A program made the position numbers and the translations under genes. Below, one piece after another: positions 21,590-32,716 of a DNA stretch of 64,000 nucleotides. The stretch is taken from NCBI GenBank assembly GCA_965218095.1, contig OZ244587.1, positions 3,936,001 through 4,000,000 of the forward strand, read 5' to 3'. The notes below the pieces were generated by a model that saw only the letters and a program-made list of their open reading frames with translations, made no database searches and was not told the DNA's origin. Positions within the stretch are counted from its first letter, which is position 1. Each line of letters starts with the position of its first letter. The DNA comes from Candidatus Poribacteria bacterium. Its GTDB lineage: Bacteria; Poribacteria; WGA-4E; PCPOR2b.

Positions 21590-21736
21590 TGATACGAATG
21601 GGGAGTTGAGTTGTTCTCCCCCAGTTCCGGTGCGAAGCACCGAGAATCCTCGACCTGCGGTCGGGACATTAGGGGGCCGCGGGGGGCAGCCACCAGTGGA
21701 TCTGTCAATGAGCTCGTTTAAATTTACCAAAGTCAA
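21590..21736 (-). repeat. Diverged copy of the MITE at 26387-26542
   Basis: Minus strand ttgactttggta...gagctcattgacagatccac resembles ttgactttgcta...gagctcatcggcagatccac; other end not resolved. Confidence 0.55.
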
Positions 21737-21788
21737 GTTATAATTCGATCGTTTACAAGTCAATCGTTTACAAGTCAGAAGAGACTCT

Positions 21789-22595
21789 CTACCGGGTGCC
21801 TTCAGCAACGAGGGTCAACTCCGCTTTGCCGCCAAGACCGGCGACGATCGGATACGTTTTCTCCCGAGGTTGACCGTCACGTGGAACGTAACGAACCTGC
21901 GGAGAGAAGTATGCGTAAAGCGCAGTGTTCCGTGGATTCGGTGAACGGTTGGGGCCTGATCCGTGCGCCATGAGGCTATGGAAAAACAGGGCGCTCCCCG
22001 CCGACAAGGGAACGTCAATCTGTCCTGAAAAATCGAGATTGTCATGGTCAGTCAACGATTCATCCTGTTTGCGAGCGATATGTCCCCACGATTGGATGCC
22101 CCACCTGTGGCTCTGTGGGATAATCTTAAAACACCCATTTTCAGGCGTGGCGTCGTTGAGCGCAATGCTCACCGTCACCAACTTCGGCGGCTCCATCGGC
22201 CAGTAGGCGGAATCCTGATGGATGCCGTGCGCGGAGCCGTGGAATGCGGGTTTGAACATTAAGGTGCTTCTGAACAACAACAGATCCGGCCCGATTAGGT
22301 CTTGCAAGACCTCAATGAGCTTCGGGTGCGCCGCAAGTCGACGAAAGACATCTGAGTATTGACAGGTATCTTCAGCCTTTCTCAGGATGGGCAAGCCACC
22401 ATCTTGCGATGCTTCTTTGGCGTATGGCTCACGCTGAAAGTGACTTTTTTCGCCTTCTTCTTCAAGTTCAGCGGCAAGTTTGTGCAGACGCAGTATTTCC
22501 ACCTGACACGCTGTGAGTTCTTCAGGCGAGAGTAAATTTGCCACGATGAGGTAGCCCTGTTCTTCAAAAAGGTCCTTCTGCCCTTGTTGGGTCAT
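21789..22595 (-). CDS. PhyH-family dioxygenase
   Basis: HQDSAYWP, DATPENGC, HGSGPNRS. Confidence 0.9.
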   Translation of the reverse strand: MTQQGQKDLFEEQGYLIVANLLSPEELTACQVEILRLHKLAAELEEEGEKSHFQREPYAKEASQDGGLPILRKAEDTCQYSDVFRRLAAHPKLIEVLQDLIGPDLLLFRSTLMFKPAFHGSAHGIHQDSAYWPMEPPKLVTVSIALNDATPENGCFKIIPQSHRWGIQSWGHIARKQDESLTDHDNLDFSGQIDVPLSAGSALFFHSLMAHGSGPNRSPNPRNTALYAYFSPQVRYVPRDGQPREKTYPIVAGLGGKAELTLVAEGTR

Positions 22596-22685
22596 ATTAT
22601 TGGATCTCCTTGCAAACGTAAACGTGATGCGTGAAACGTAATGTGCCAATGAACCTCTGAACTTTTGAACGCCTGAACTGCTAAA

Positions 22686-24143
22686 TCACCCGATTCGCTG
22701 TCCAATTTCCCATACAATGGAGGCCACCGCAAATCCGATGTAGACGAGTGAGGCGATGACCATTGCTGCGGTACAGATCCACCCCGGCTTCGCAACTTTG
22801 GGTAAGAATCGGTGATTGATATAGAGCGTGAGTGGAACGTAAATTGCCATTGCAAACCCACCCATATACGCGGCGTTAAACAGAAAACCGAGTTCGCTGA
22901 CGCCTCTCTGCTCCATCACATACGTGATTAAGCAACCGGCGACGATCCAAATTCCTGCCACGAGCAGATACCACCAACTCAGTTCGCGCTTTTGGGCGCC
23001 TTTGAAATTGGTGTAAACAATGTCGGCGATCGACCGCGCGACGCCATCAACCAGAGCAAGTTGTGTGCCGAAAAGTGTCGCCACGCCGACCAGCAGGAAG
23101 ATGATTCGCCCCGGGCCGCCCCAGACCTTCCCTAACACTTCTGCTTCGTCCCAGATGAGGGAGCCTTGCGCCGGAACAATGCCTTTGGGGTGCAGCACGG
23201 CAAGAGCGCCAAAGATGAAGAGGAGGATGGTCACAGTGTTCAGCACATAAAAGAAGATGATCTGATCTTTCTTAACGTAGTCCCACCATGTCTTGAAGCG
23301 ATTAGCGTTTTCCTCGGTTTCATTAAAACGAAAGCCGGTGGAGGGTATCGTCTCCGACCTGCCCCGAAGGGGATTTTGTAACTCTGGTAGCCGCGCCCCC
23401 ATACCGATGTTTTTGTCGCGAAGATAGAAAGTGTAGAACAGATTGGCAGTGCCCCCAGCCCCGGCGAAAACCAGCGCGATGAATAGCGATTTCACCGTCA
23501 TGCCTGGATCCTTGTAGCCGATGTTCATGATGCCGGCGCCCAACTCCTTCCATGTATCGAAAGAACCGACCGCAATTACTACCACGATGAGGCCTATGGT
23601 GACAATGGCGACAAGCAACTCGATGGTTTTCTCGACCGAATGATAAATCAGTTTTGGGCCAAAAAGGAGGAGGGCAACGGCGACAAATGTGACCACCGTC
23701 CAGAACGTATCCGAGCCCCCGCCATCTGGGCCAACTATCAGGGCTTTGAGGGCCAACCCCGATGCACGCCCTCAGCCCGGTGCGAGCCAGCCCAACAGGG
23801 TTAAGAGGATAAACACCAGCGCAAATCCCCGCCATACGCGACTGTAACCTGTGTAGACAGTTTCGCCTGTGGCAACCGTCCAACGTCCCACCTCGAAATT
23901 GATCCATAATTGCAGAAAGACGCCAAGCACGGCCGCCCAGACCATGTTTGCGCCAAACTCCGCTGCAATTCGTGGCCAAATGACAATCTCGCCTGCCCCG
24001 ATAGAAAGCCCGACCAAAATCGCTCCCGGTCCCGCCATCTTCCAGAAAGACAGTTTCTTCTCAGGCAAGTCTGCCGCCTTGAAATCCTCAAGTGGGCTCG
24101 TAGATTTTGCTCATTGTGATGACTCCTTTTCAGCTTGTTCCAT
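22686..24143 (-). pseudogene. Nramp-like divalent metal transporter with two in-frame TGA stops
   Basis: One frame from ATG 24143 (RBS gaggagg); TGA at 24111-24113 and 23772-23774 (APG*GRASG); GPGAILVGLSIGAGEIVIWP motif. Confidence 0.8.
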
Positions 24144-24274
24144 ACGGATATGCCTCCTCTGATACGATGAGAAATATACAATCTTGGCTTACATTCTACT
24201 CGAAAGGCCCATTCTTGTCAAGTCCAGAGATGCCGACCAGGGTTTCCAATCGGTCTACAAAGAATCATGATCGC

Positions 24275-24358
24275 GATCCTTCGCAAAGCCTCAAGATGAC
24301 TGAATCTGTCATTCTGAACCCTTCACTTCGTTCAAGGACAGGCTACGTGAAGAATCTC
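24275..24358. repeat. GTCATTCTGA-type REP element
   Basis: gatccttcgc...gatgac and gtcattctgaac...gaagaatctc shared with ~49556-49623 and degenerately ~26620-26680. Confidence 0.6.
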
Positions 24359-24756
24359 GAAAACTAAATGCCCCTAATGACGACAATCGATGCTTGTATT
24401 TTGATATGCTGTGTGCTATAATCAGTGCCGGTTATGTCCCAGGTGAGCAACCGTAGATTTTGGCTCCCTGCGTCACAAAAGCAGGAAACACAACAGAAAG
24501 GAAGAAGAATGGTAAGTAAAAAAGCAAAAACCCTCGTCACGCTAACGGTGGTGTCTGTAGTGGTTTTCTTTGCATCCGTCAGTATCCCACAAGGTGAACA
24601 GCACAGTAAGATGCGGTATCTTGATCGGTGCTTTTTTCTGTCCCTGATGCTAGTTTTGAATGTGCACCGATTTATTACAGGCTCAATCTCCCCAATTTCC
24701 TGATTTCCTAATCTCCTTTTTCTGATTTGCTGATTCTTGTACTCAGGAGGATATTA

Positions 24757-26367
24757 ATGTTTGATGATTATCGTCCCAATCGATTTGGTCCAGGACGCTC
24801 CGCCGTTATGTGTAAACACGGCGCCGTCGCCACGAGTCAACCTCTTGCCGCACAAGCGGGGTTGCAGATCTTGCACGAGGGCGGGAATGCGATTGACGCC
24901 GCCGTTGCCACCGCCGCCATGCTCAACGTTGTTGAACCGATGTCCACAGGAATCGGCGGCGATATGTTTGCGCTGGTGTATCAGCCACAAGACAGTGTCA
25001 TTCGCGGGTTGAACGGAAGCGGTCGTGCACCGTATGCCGCGGAGTTGGAGTTCTTTACGAAGCAAGGCTTGACCAGCATCCCAAGCACGGGCAACCTGTA
25101 CCCGGTGACAGTCCCCGGCACGATTGATGGTTGGGCGACGCTGCTCGAAGCGTGTGGAACGATGACGTTGGGCAATGTCCTCAAGCCTGCTATTGAACAT
25201 GCAGAAAACGGTTTTCCTGTCAGCCCACAGATTAGTTTGGCGTGGGGTGGAAGCGTCGAGATCCTTTCGAGTTCTCCTGACGCAGCCAAAACCTACCTGG
25301 TGAACGGACGTGCGCCCAAGCCGGGGGAGATCTTCTACCAGCCCAACCTCGCGAAGACATTGCGTCTAATCGCGGAAGGTGGGCGTGATGCGTTTTACCG
25401 GGGTGAGATTGCCGAGAAGATTGTGAAATTCTCTGATGAGAACAGAGGGTTATTCACGATGCAAGATTTCGCCGACCACACCTCGAATTGGGCGGAGCCA
25501 ATTTCGACCGACTATCGGGGCTACGATGTCTACGAGATTCCGCCCAACGGACAGGGAATTGCGGCGTTGCTTGCACTGAACATCGTTGAGGGCTTCGACC
25601 TCCAATCAATGGGGCATAACAGCGGAGAATATCTTCACTGCTTGATTGAGGCGATGAAGTTGGGATTTGCCGATCTGTACCAGTACGTCACCGATCCAGC
25701 CGTCGAGGATGTTCCCGTCATGGGCTTGCTCTCAGCCGGATATACCAAAAGCCAACGAGCAAGACTGAATATCGGGCACGCCAATCCAAATCCCATCGCA
25801 GGGGGCCCGCCAATGGGAAGTGACACCGTTTATCTTTGCGCGGTCGATAAAGATCGCAATGTTGTCTCGTTCATCAACAGCCTCTTTGCAGGCTTTGGTT
25901 GTGGCCTAGTGGCAGGGGACACCGGGATTATGCTGCAAAATCGAGGTGCGGGTTTCTCACTCGATCCGGACCACGCCAACCGAATCGCACCACATAAGCG
26001 CACGATGCACACAATCATCCCCGGAATGATTGCCCAAAACGGGATTCCACTCGTGACGTTCGGCGTGATGGGTGGACAGATGCAGCCACAGGGACATCTG
26101 CAATTGGTGTGCAACCTTGTCGATTTTAACATGGACGTACAATCTGCGCTCGACGCCCCCCGCTTCCGGGTTGTGGACGGATGGACGGTTACCGTCGAAG
26201 ATGGTGTGCCGATGAATGTAGGTGCGGAATTGGTGCGAAAGGGACACCAATTGGCGCCGCCTAACACATTTTTTGGCGGCGGGCAGGCAATCTTCGTTCA
26301 CCCAGAGTACAATACACTTATTGCCGGTTCCGAGCCGCGCCGTGATGGATGTGCAGTGGGATACTGA
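24757..26367 (+). CDS. ggt: Gamma-glutamyltransferase
   Basis: GGNAIDAAVA, DTVYL Thr nucleophile, PHKRTMHTIIP, GVMGG. Confidence 0.93.
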   Translation: MFDDYRPNRFGPGRSAVMCKHGAVATSQPLAAQAGLQILHEGGNAIDAAVATAAMLNVVEPMSTGIGGDMFALVYQPQDSVIRGLNGSGRAPYAAELEFFTKQGLTSIPSTGNLYPVTVPGTIDGWATLLEACGTMTLGNVLKPAIEHAENGFPVSPQISLAWGGSVEILSSSPDAAKTYLVNGRAPKPGEIFYQPNLAKTLRLIAEGGRDAFYRGEIAEKIVKFSDENRGLFTMQDFADHTSNWAEPISTDYRGYDVYEIPPNGQGIAALLALNIVEGFDLQSMGHNSGEYLHCLIEAMKLGFADLYQYVTDPAVEDVPVMGLLSAGYTKSQRARLNIGHANPNPIAGGPPMGSDTVYLCAVDKDRNVVSFINSLFAGFGCGLVAGDTGIMLQNRGAGFSLDPDHANRIAPHKRTMHTIIPGMIAQNGIPLVTFGVMGGQMQPQGHLQLVCNLVDFNMDVQSALDAPRFRVVDGWTVTVEDGVPMNVGAELVRKGHQLAPPNTFFGGGQAIFVHPEYNTLIAGSEPRRDGCAVGY

Positions 26368-26386
26368 AATTCATTAGTTGATTATC

Positions 26387-26542
26387 TTGACTTTGCTAGA
26401 TTAAAAGAGCTCATCGGCAGATCCACGGATGGCTTGCCTCCCCGGACTCCGCCCCCCTTAATCTCCCCAACTTTGGGGGGAAGAGAAGAATCGCAAAAAC
26501 TCCCCCAGAATTAGGAATCAGGGGTGAATGTAACAAAGTCAA
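26387..26542. mobile_element. Non-autonomous MITE-like element (~156 bp)
   Basis: Terminal inverted repeats ttgactttgcta / taacaaagtcaa; internal C/G-run hairpins. Confidence 0.6.
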
Positions 26543-26768
26543 ATTATTTACCTCTGTAATCCCGCATTAGTGGAGAGTCAATCCTTGAACTTATAGCGAG
26601 TAAAACGCGCGCTTCTCCCGTCAGCCTCAACGAAGGGAAGCATCTCTTGCACCTTAACGAGGAAATTCTTCGCTTCGCTCTATTAGACTTCCAAGAAACT
26701 ATCCGCAATGAGTTCCTTGAAAAGGTTTCAAACCCTTTTGAAGGTTACGCAAGCAGGAACCCTTCCCT

Positions 26769-27562
26769 ATGAATTCCAGCTTTCATACCTGTGGACTTGA
26801 ATGGTTTACTTTTGAAGAAGCGATTAATGAACTAGCTGACATCGGCTATGCCGCGTGTGGGCCTATTCTGGGGCCTGGCTATCATATCGATCCCGATACC
26901 ATCACCGATAGTCAGAAGACCGCTACAAAAACCTGGCAAAGGAACGCAATATCGCATTCAGCATCCTCAATCCTTGGAAGGCAGGAGGCTTTGCTGCCGG
27001 GATCGAGAGCGGCAAAACCGACCGTTTTTATCGTCAAGCCCTCGACCTGGCAGCGGGTTTTGGGGCGTCCGGAGTCAAATTCCTCGCCGGCGCGTCCGCC
27101 GCGGGTGAGAACGCCGGCTGGCGCACCATGATTCAGGTCCTCAAGCCTCTCTGTCACAACGCCGAGCAGGTGGGCGTAGACCTGCTGACAACCACGAAAA
27201 CCAACTCATCAACACAGCCAACGGCTTTGCCCTGCTTCCGTTACCATATGGGGTTGGAGCGCCTTCAGATTAATCTCGATTGCGCCAATCTCGCTATTCT
27301 CATGGACGACCCCAGCTAGGCTATCCGCAATTTCAGGGATTCCCTACGCTATGTGCGCGTCAAGGGGATGAACAACTACTACCCCTTTGCCCAACAGTGT
27401 GTCCCCGGCGACATTGTGGACTGGAAAGGCGTGATGGAAGCCCTCAAAGAGATAGGGTATGCAGGCTATGTGGAGTTGGTCACCTATCCGTGGTTTTCGC
27501 CCGATTTCCACAGAGATGCCTTTGCCTGGGCAACAAATCTGGTGGCTGAAGTTGGGGTATAG
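26769..27562 (+). pseudogene. Sugar-phosphate isomerase/epimerase (xylose isomerase-like TIM barrel), frameshifted
   Basis: Fragments in different frames (FEEAINELADIGY; RQALDLAAGFGA; QINLDCANL; VPGDIVDWKGVMEALKEIGYAGYVEL); TAG at 27317. Confidence 0.8.
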
Positions 27563-27607
27563 CTTCCAGCACCTTGTGAAATAAGTTTGGCGAAAGGAGA
27601 AATAAAC

Positions 27608-29155
27608 ATGCCCAAACCTCCCAAATACTGCATCATCTACAATTGGGACGGGGGACCTCACGGATACTCCGAGGTCCCGCAGTCTATGGAAGCGTTTCTG
27701 GAAAAGGTCCACGCGCCTTTGGAGGAAACTCAGGTCAGTGCGCACTTCTGGTGCATCGGCGAACATGCCTCTCGGTGGCAGAGCGATGTCCTTGAACGAC
27801 TCGGCGATGTCCACAATCGACGCTATGAAAGCGCCCAGGCGTACATTCATACGGAAAATATCCGTCAGATGCTGGAGCGCGGCGAAGACCCGCAGCAAGC
27901 CTTAATTGAGCGTGGACGCCAACTCGGACTTCACGTCTATGCCTCGGTGCGCATGAACGACAATCACTTCAACGGGGCGCAGGTGGCTGACTTGGAGAAA
28001 CTGCACCACACGGAACTGACGCGGATGCGGATCGAACATCCGGAGTGGTTGCTCGGCGACCAGACCTCAGAGTGGTTCGCGCTCTCGTGGGATTTCGCTG
28101 TCCCCGAAATACGGGAACACCGTTACGCGCACATTAAAGAGGTCTGTGAACGATATGACTGGGATGGCGTTGAATTGGACTGGCAGCGACACGCCTTTCA
28201 TTTGCCTCAAGACAAAGGCTACCGACTCCGATACGTCCTGACCGACCTCCAGCGAGCGGTGCGCCAGATGACCGATGACCTTGCGAAGAAACGCGGCAGA
28301 TCGTTCTACTTAGCGGCTCGTGTGGCTGGCACACTAGAAATGTGCTGCAACATCGGATACGACATTCCGACCTGGGTGAACGAGGGGTTGGTGGACATCC
28401 TGATTCCCGCCGGCGGCGCCGCGACGGATGCTTCCCTGGATGTCGCCGCTTTTGTTGAACTGTGCCGGGACAAGCCAATTGCGGTTTATCCCGGATTTGA
28501 TGGCGGGTTGCCCGAACCCTTCGTTGGCCCCGAAGACGCCGAAACCAAGAACCGCATGCGCACCCGTGCTATCGCCAGCCGTTATCACAAAGCCGGTGCG
28601 GACGGCATCTATGTTTTTAACTGGCACGCGAACCGCGATTCGAGGCGGGAGTTGCTCTCACAGATCGGCTCGCCTGACACGTTGCGGGGCACGGACAAAA
28701 TTTATGCGGCAACCCATCGCTTCTTCCAGAAGACGGGAGAATGGCGGGGTGCCTACCGTATCGACCGAATCTGGGGTGAAGTTCCGGTCGCCCTGAAGGG
28801 AACGCTCACCGGCGAGGGTCCGACAATTGTACTGGACGTTGCGGACGATTTATCAACCAACACCCCTGGAAGGGTTGAGTTGCGCGTGCGGCTGGATCAG
28901 TGGGTGCGCGGTGACGTCGTGCGTGTCTGGTGGGATGGGTCAGCCCTTGATGACCCCGAAATCCGCTATTGCGCCATCAATGACCCACATCGTCTTTCGG
29001 ATGTGAGCGGGGCGGCGTGGTTGTGTTTCGAGATGGCTGTGTCGAATATCGGTGCCGGTTCGCACGAAGTCAAGGTCGCGCTTGAGGCACGTCACCCGTG
29101 GGTTGCCTCAGACATCGTATTGACGGATGTGGAGTTGGTCGTTACTTTTCCTTAA
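27608..29155 (+). CDS. GHL10-like TIM-barrel putative glycoside hydrolase
   Basis: IIYNWDG, SVRMND, YDWDGVELDW, GADGIYVFN. Confidence 0.65.
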   Translation: MPKPPKYCIIYNWDGGPHGYSEVPQSMEAFLEKVHAPLEETQVSAHFWCIGEHASRWQSDVLERLGDVHNRRYESAQAYIHTENIRQMLERGEDPQQALIERGRQLGLHVYASVRMNDNHFNGAQVADLEKLHHTELTRMRIEHPEWLLGDQTSEWFALSWDFAVPEIREHRYAHIKEVCERYDWDGVELDWQRHAFHLPQDKGYRLRYVLTDLQRAVRQMTDDLAKKRGRSFYLAARVAGTLEMCCNIGYDIPTWVNEGLVDILIPAGGAATDASLDVAAFVELCRDKPIAVYPGFDGGLPEPFVGPEDAETKNRMRTRAIASRYHKAGADGIYVFNWHANRDSRRELLSQIGSPDTLRGTDKIYAATHRFFQKTGEWRGAYRIDRIWGEVPVALKGTLTGEGPTIVLDVADDLSTNTPGRVELRVRLDQWVRGDVVRVWWDGSALDDPEIRYCAINDPHRLSDVSGAAWLCFEMAVSNIGAGSHEVKVALEARHPWVASDIVLTDVELVVTFP

Positions 29156-29291
29156 GCCCTTTAAACCTTTTCAAAGATCATCGGCATACCCCTCTGTTCA
29201 TTGAGGGTGGCGCAGATTGGGAAATCTACGCTATACAACTGACCTGATTTGTAATGATGTACCACCCTCAGTTCATTAGCAACTAAAAAAA

Positions 29292-30437
29292 ATGAAAAAA
29301 AAGAGATTTTTCCCCATTTATATGTCGGCAATCATATCAATTTTTACTATTTTCTTGTCGAGCCATCAAAAGACTGAAATGTCTATCGTTAAGATATTGT
29401 TCGTCGGCGACACCAACTTTGGTGAAAATTATCAGGTCCGGAGAGGTAGAAGAAACATTTTAGAGACAAAAGGGTATGACTATCCCGTACAAAATTTCAA
29501 ACCCCTTCTCCTTCAATCAGATTTGGTTATCGCCAACCTCGAAACGCCCATAACGAATCTGTCCAAGCCCCCTTTCCCTGATAAAGAGTTTGTTCATTGG
29601 ACAGATATCGAAAATGCACCCCACTATTTGAAAAAGTACAATATTACCACGGTCTCGTTGGCAAATAATCATGCGTTAGATTATGGGGTCGAAGGCATGA
29701 AACAGACTTTAGATGTGCTACAGAGTAACGACATGGAATGGGTTGGGGCAGGGCGGGATGAAGTTGAAGCAGGCAAACCTTATCTCAGGAAAATGCAAAT
29801 TGGAAAACAGTTTTTTCATCTTGCGCTGATTGCTGGATTTGAGTATCGCAAGAACTATGATAACAAGTACGCATTTTACGCGAAAGCGGATAGGGGTGGA
29901 GTGAACGCCCTTTCAATTGAAAAGATCTCTGCACAGATCAAACAACTCAAAAAATCAATACCGGATGTTTTTGTGGTGATTTTTCCGCATTGGGGAGCAA
30001 ATTATAAATGGAAATCGAAGAAACAGACGCGGCAGGGTCGTCAGATGATTGATGCGGGGGCGGATCTGATTATTGGCCACGGTTCCCATCTGATGCAGGA
30101 GATTGAGCAGTATAACGGACGCTGGATTATTTACAGCGTTGGAAATTTCATGTTTAACTCGCCGGGGCGCTACCAAAAACACCACGTTCATCCTTATAGT
30201 TTAGTCGCACAATTGGTGTTACAAGAAAATGATGGTCGTTTAATCAAGATGCTTCGATTATATCCGATTTTTACTGACAATCGGGTTACCAACTATCAAG
30301 GACGATTCGTAACATCGGAAGAATTTGAGGAAGCATATCAATTGTTGTTGGACAGAAATTCGTCGAGAAGATTCAAACAGAACTTCAGAAAAGGACAGGA
30401 CGGTATTGGAAGGTTCTTCAAGGTTTCAATAAACTGA
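29292..30437 (+). CDS. CapA-family metallophosphatase-like protein
   Basis: FVGD, NLETPI, LANNHALDYG, PHWG, IGHGSH, YSVGNF; AT-richer than neighbours. Confidence 0.88.
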   Translation: MKKKRFFPIYMSAIISIFTIFLSSHQKTEMSIVKILFVGDTNFGENYQVRRGRRNILETKGYDYPVQNFKPLLLQSDLVIANLETPITNLSKPPFPDKEFVHWTDIENAPHYLKKYNITTVSLANNHALDYGVEGMKQTLDVLQSNDMEWVGAGRDEVEAGKPYLRKMQIGKQFFHLALIAGFEYRKNYDNKYAFYAKADRGGVNALSIEKISAQIKQLKKSIPDVFVVIFPHWGANYKWKSKKQTRQGRQMIDAGADLIIGHGSHLMQEIEQYNGRWIIYSVGNFMFNSPGRYQKHHVHPYSLVAQLVLQENDGRLIKMLRLYPIFTDNRVTNYQGRFVTSEEFEEAYQLLLDRNSSRRFKQNFRKGQDGIGRFFKVSIN

Positions 30438-30498
30438 TGATTTTCATCATCCATAAAGACGGCATCGTAAGCCAGTGAACCTTTACCAAGGAGGCACC

Positions 30499-31809
30499 AT
30501 GAAAATCACAGATATCGAAACACACGTCATCTGCCCACCGTTTCAGGCGTGGAACAGCGAGGCGTTGACACGCTATCAAGGCCCTGACTTCCGTTATCGC
30601 ACGGTCTTTGTCGTTCATACCGATAACGGGCTGGAAGGTTTAGGCGAGCACACCGGTAAATCGTGGAATAGGATGGAGGAATGGATTGATCGGCTGCGCG
30701 GTACAAATCCGTGCGATTGGTTAGCGCACCCATCTCTACCCATTGGACTCGCCCCGGCTATCTACGATCTGGTCGGTAAGTACAATGATGTCCCCGCTTA
30801 TAAACTCTTCGGACCACAAGCCCGTTCGCACGTGCCGATGGCTGCATGGACGGTCTCCCAGACGCCAGAGAAGATGGCAGAGGAGGTTGAACACGCGGTA
30901 GCTGCGGGTTACACATGGCTCAAGTTCCACACACACCACTGCCACAACGTCATCGCACAGACGGCGGCGATACAGGAGAAACTGAGTGAAATCACTGGCA
31001 GTGCGGCTGTTGCGCCACCGACATTTAAGATTCACTATGATGTCAATTTCGACAATACGGTCGAGCACGTTCTTGACCTGGCGCGGGAGTTGGTGCAGTT
31101 TTCCATCGCAGGTGCGATTGAGGATCCGTTGCGCACACACGATTTTGAGGGGTATCGTACGCTTCGGGAGAAGTGTCCGTTGCCGATTTATTTCCATCAC
31201 CTGCCATTGGGTGGACGGGAGGCGTTAATGGGACTCGCAGACGGCTACATGTTGGGTCACGCGCCCGTCGGACAGGTCGTTCAGCGAGCGGGGCTGTTCG
31301 AGTCGGCGAATGTGCCGTTCATGACGCAGAATACGGGCGGTAACATCACGCGAGCATTTATCGCGCACATGGCGGTAGTCTTCCCGATGGCGATACTGCA
31401 CCACGTCACCTGCACCCACCTGTGGGCGGAGGACGTGGTGACGCCGTCACTGAACGCTGCCGGCGGGACAGTGCGTGTGCCAGAAGAACCGGGGCTGGGC
31501 GTGACGCTCGACCATGATGCGCTTGCCCACTGGTCTGCTGTTGAACCGGAACCCTTGCCCCGCGCTCTGATACGGGTTCAATATGCCGGGCTTGCACCGA
31601 TTTACGCACGGCTGCCAGTCCGTTCTTTGAGCGACGGTCAGGGCACCGGGCCAAGTTTTGTGGATGGCTACGGCCCTGGCTACAATCAGCCTGTTGACCT
31701 ATACTACTGGGATGATGACGGTTCAGCAGCGTTTGCTGAGATGTGGGAGCGCACGGCAGCCGGAACGGTGAGTCATGAACGCCGTCAGGCACGAAAGGGC
31801 AAACTGTAG
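30499..31809 (+). CDS. Mandelate racemase/muconate lactonizing enolase-superfamily protein
   Basis: MKITDIET, YDLVGK..VPAYKLFG, VPEEPGLGV. Confidence 0.8.
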   Translation: MKITDIETHVICPPFQAWNSEALTRYQGPDFRYRTVFVVHTDNGLEGLGEHTGKSWNRMEEWIDRLRGTNPCDWLAHPSLPIGLAPAIYDLVGKYNDVPAYKLFGPQARSHVPMAAWTVSQTPEKMAEEVEHAVAAGYTWLKFHTHHCHNVIAQTAAIQEKLSEITGSAAVAPPTFKIHYDVNFDNTVEHVLDLARELVQFSIAGAIEDPLRTHDFEGYRTLREKCPLPIYFHHLPLGGREALMGLADGYMLGHAPVGQVVQRAGLFESANVPFMTQNTGGNITRAFIAHMAVVFPMAILHHVTCTHLWAEDVVTPSLNAAGGTVRVPEEPGLGVTLDHDALAHWSAVEPEPLPRALIRVQYAGLAPIYARLPVRSLSDGQGTGPSFVDGYGPGYNQPVDLYYWDDDGSAAFAEMWERTAAGTVSHERRQARKGKL

Positions 31810-31964
31810 TTTGGTATTGCGTATTGCGTATTGCGTATTTTCTACGCACTACACAATACGCATCACGCAATACAACAACCAATTGATTTACTCAGTGCCA
31901 CCGCTGTTAGGATGGTTAAATCTGGAACAATCTACAGTTCATCAAAGTGAGGGAGTCAATAGAG

Positions 31965-32675
31965 ATGGAACTCACAGGTCGAGTCGCGTTAGTGACCGGC
32001 GCGGCGCGGGGGATTGGAAAAGCGACAGCGGAAACCCTCGCACAGGCAGGCGTCGACGTGGCACTGCTGGATGTGGACGCAACGGCAGTGCAGGAGATCG
32101 CACGAGAAATTCAGGAGCGAACGGGGCAGCAGGCGTTGGCGGCACCCGCAGACGTAACCGTGAAAGCACAGCTCGAAGATGCCGTTGCTGATGTGCTTCG
32201 CACCTTCGGGCAGATAGACATCCTCGTAAACAATGCGGGCGTCTGGGGACACGGACTTCTGAGCGAGGTTTCAGAAGACGAGTGGGATCGTATCTTTTCC
32301 GTGAACCTGAAAGGCATATTGTTCGGCATACAGGAGGTTGTACCGACGATGAAAGGGCAGGGTAGTGGGAAAATTGTCAACATCGCGTCCGCAGCGGGCT
32401 TGGGGCACTCACCGGAATGGAGCGCCTACTGTATCTCCAAAGCCGCCGTCATCACCCTCACACAGGTCGCGGCGAAGGAGTTGGAACCCTTTCACCTGCA
32501 GGTCAACGTGATTTGTCCTAGTGCAGTAGACACCGATTTGACACAGGGCATCACCGAACAGACGGGCGAAGTATTTCCCCACGTGATACCGCCGGAGAGA
32601 GTTGCCGTCGCCGTGTTGAAATTGGTTTGTCCCTTCGAGCAGACCACAACCGGCACTATCGTGAGAGAGCTGTGA
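31965..32675 (+). CDS. SDR oxidoreductase
   Basis: TGAARGIG, NNAG, YCISK. Confidence 0.9.
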   Translation: MELTGRVALVTGAARGIGKATAETLAQAGVDVALLDVDATAVQEIAREIQERTGQQALAAPADVTVKAQLEDAVADVLRTFGQIDILVNNAGVWGHGLLSEVSEDEWDRIFSVNLKGILFGIQEVVPTMKGQGSGKIVNIASAAGLGHSPEWSAYCISKAAVITLTQVAAKELEPFHLQVNVICPSAVDTDLTQGITEQTGEVFPHVIPPERVAVAVLKLVCPFEQTTTGTIVREL

Positions 32676-32716
32676 GTGGGAACCAGCATCGGTGTGCCTG
32701 ACAGAAATTATTATGC

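Noticed and set aside
21580-21710. tRNA or ncRNA-like GC-rich hairpins
   Set aside because: No cloverleaf or T-loop consensus; explained as a copy of the MITE at 26387
22686-24143. Genome-wide TGA-to-Trp recoding or selenocysteine
   Set aside because: Many intact genes end in TGA with ATGA coupling, TGG is used normally, and TAG/TAA interruptions also occur
24425-24703. 92-aa ORF upstream of ggt
   Set aside because: No recognisable family; likely a relic or spurious
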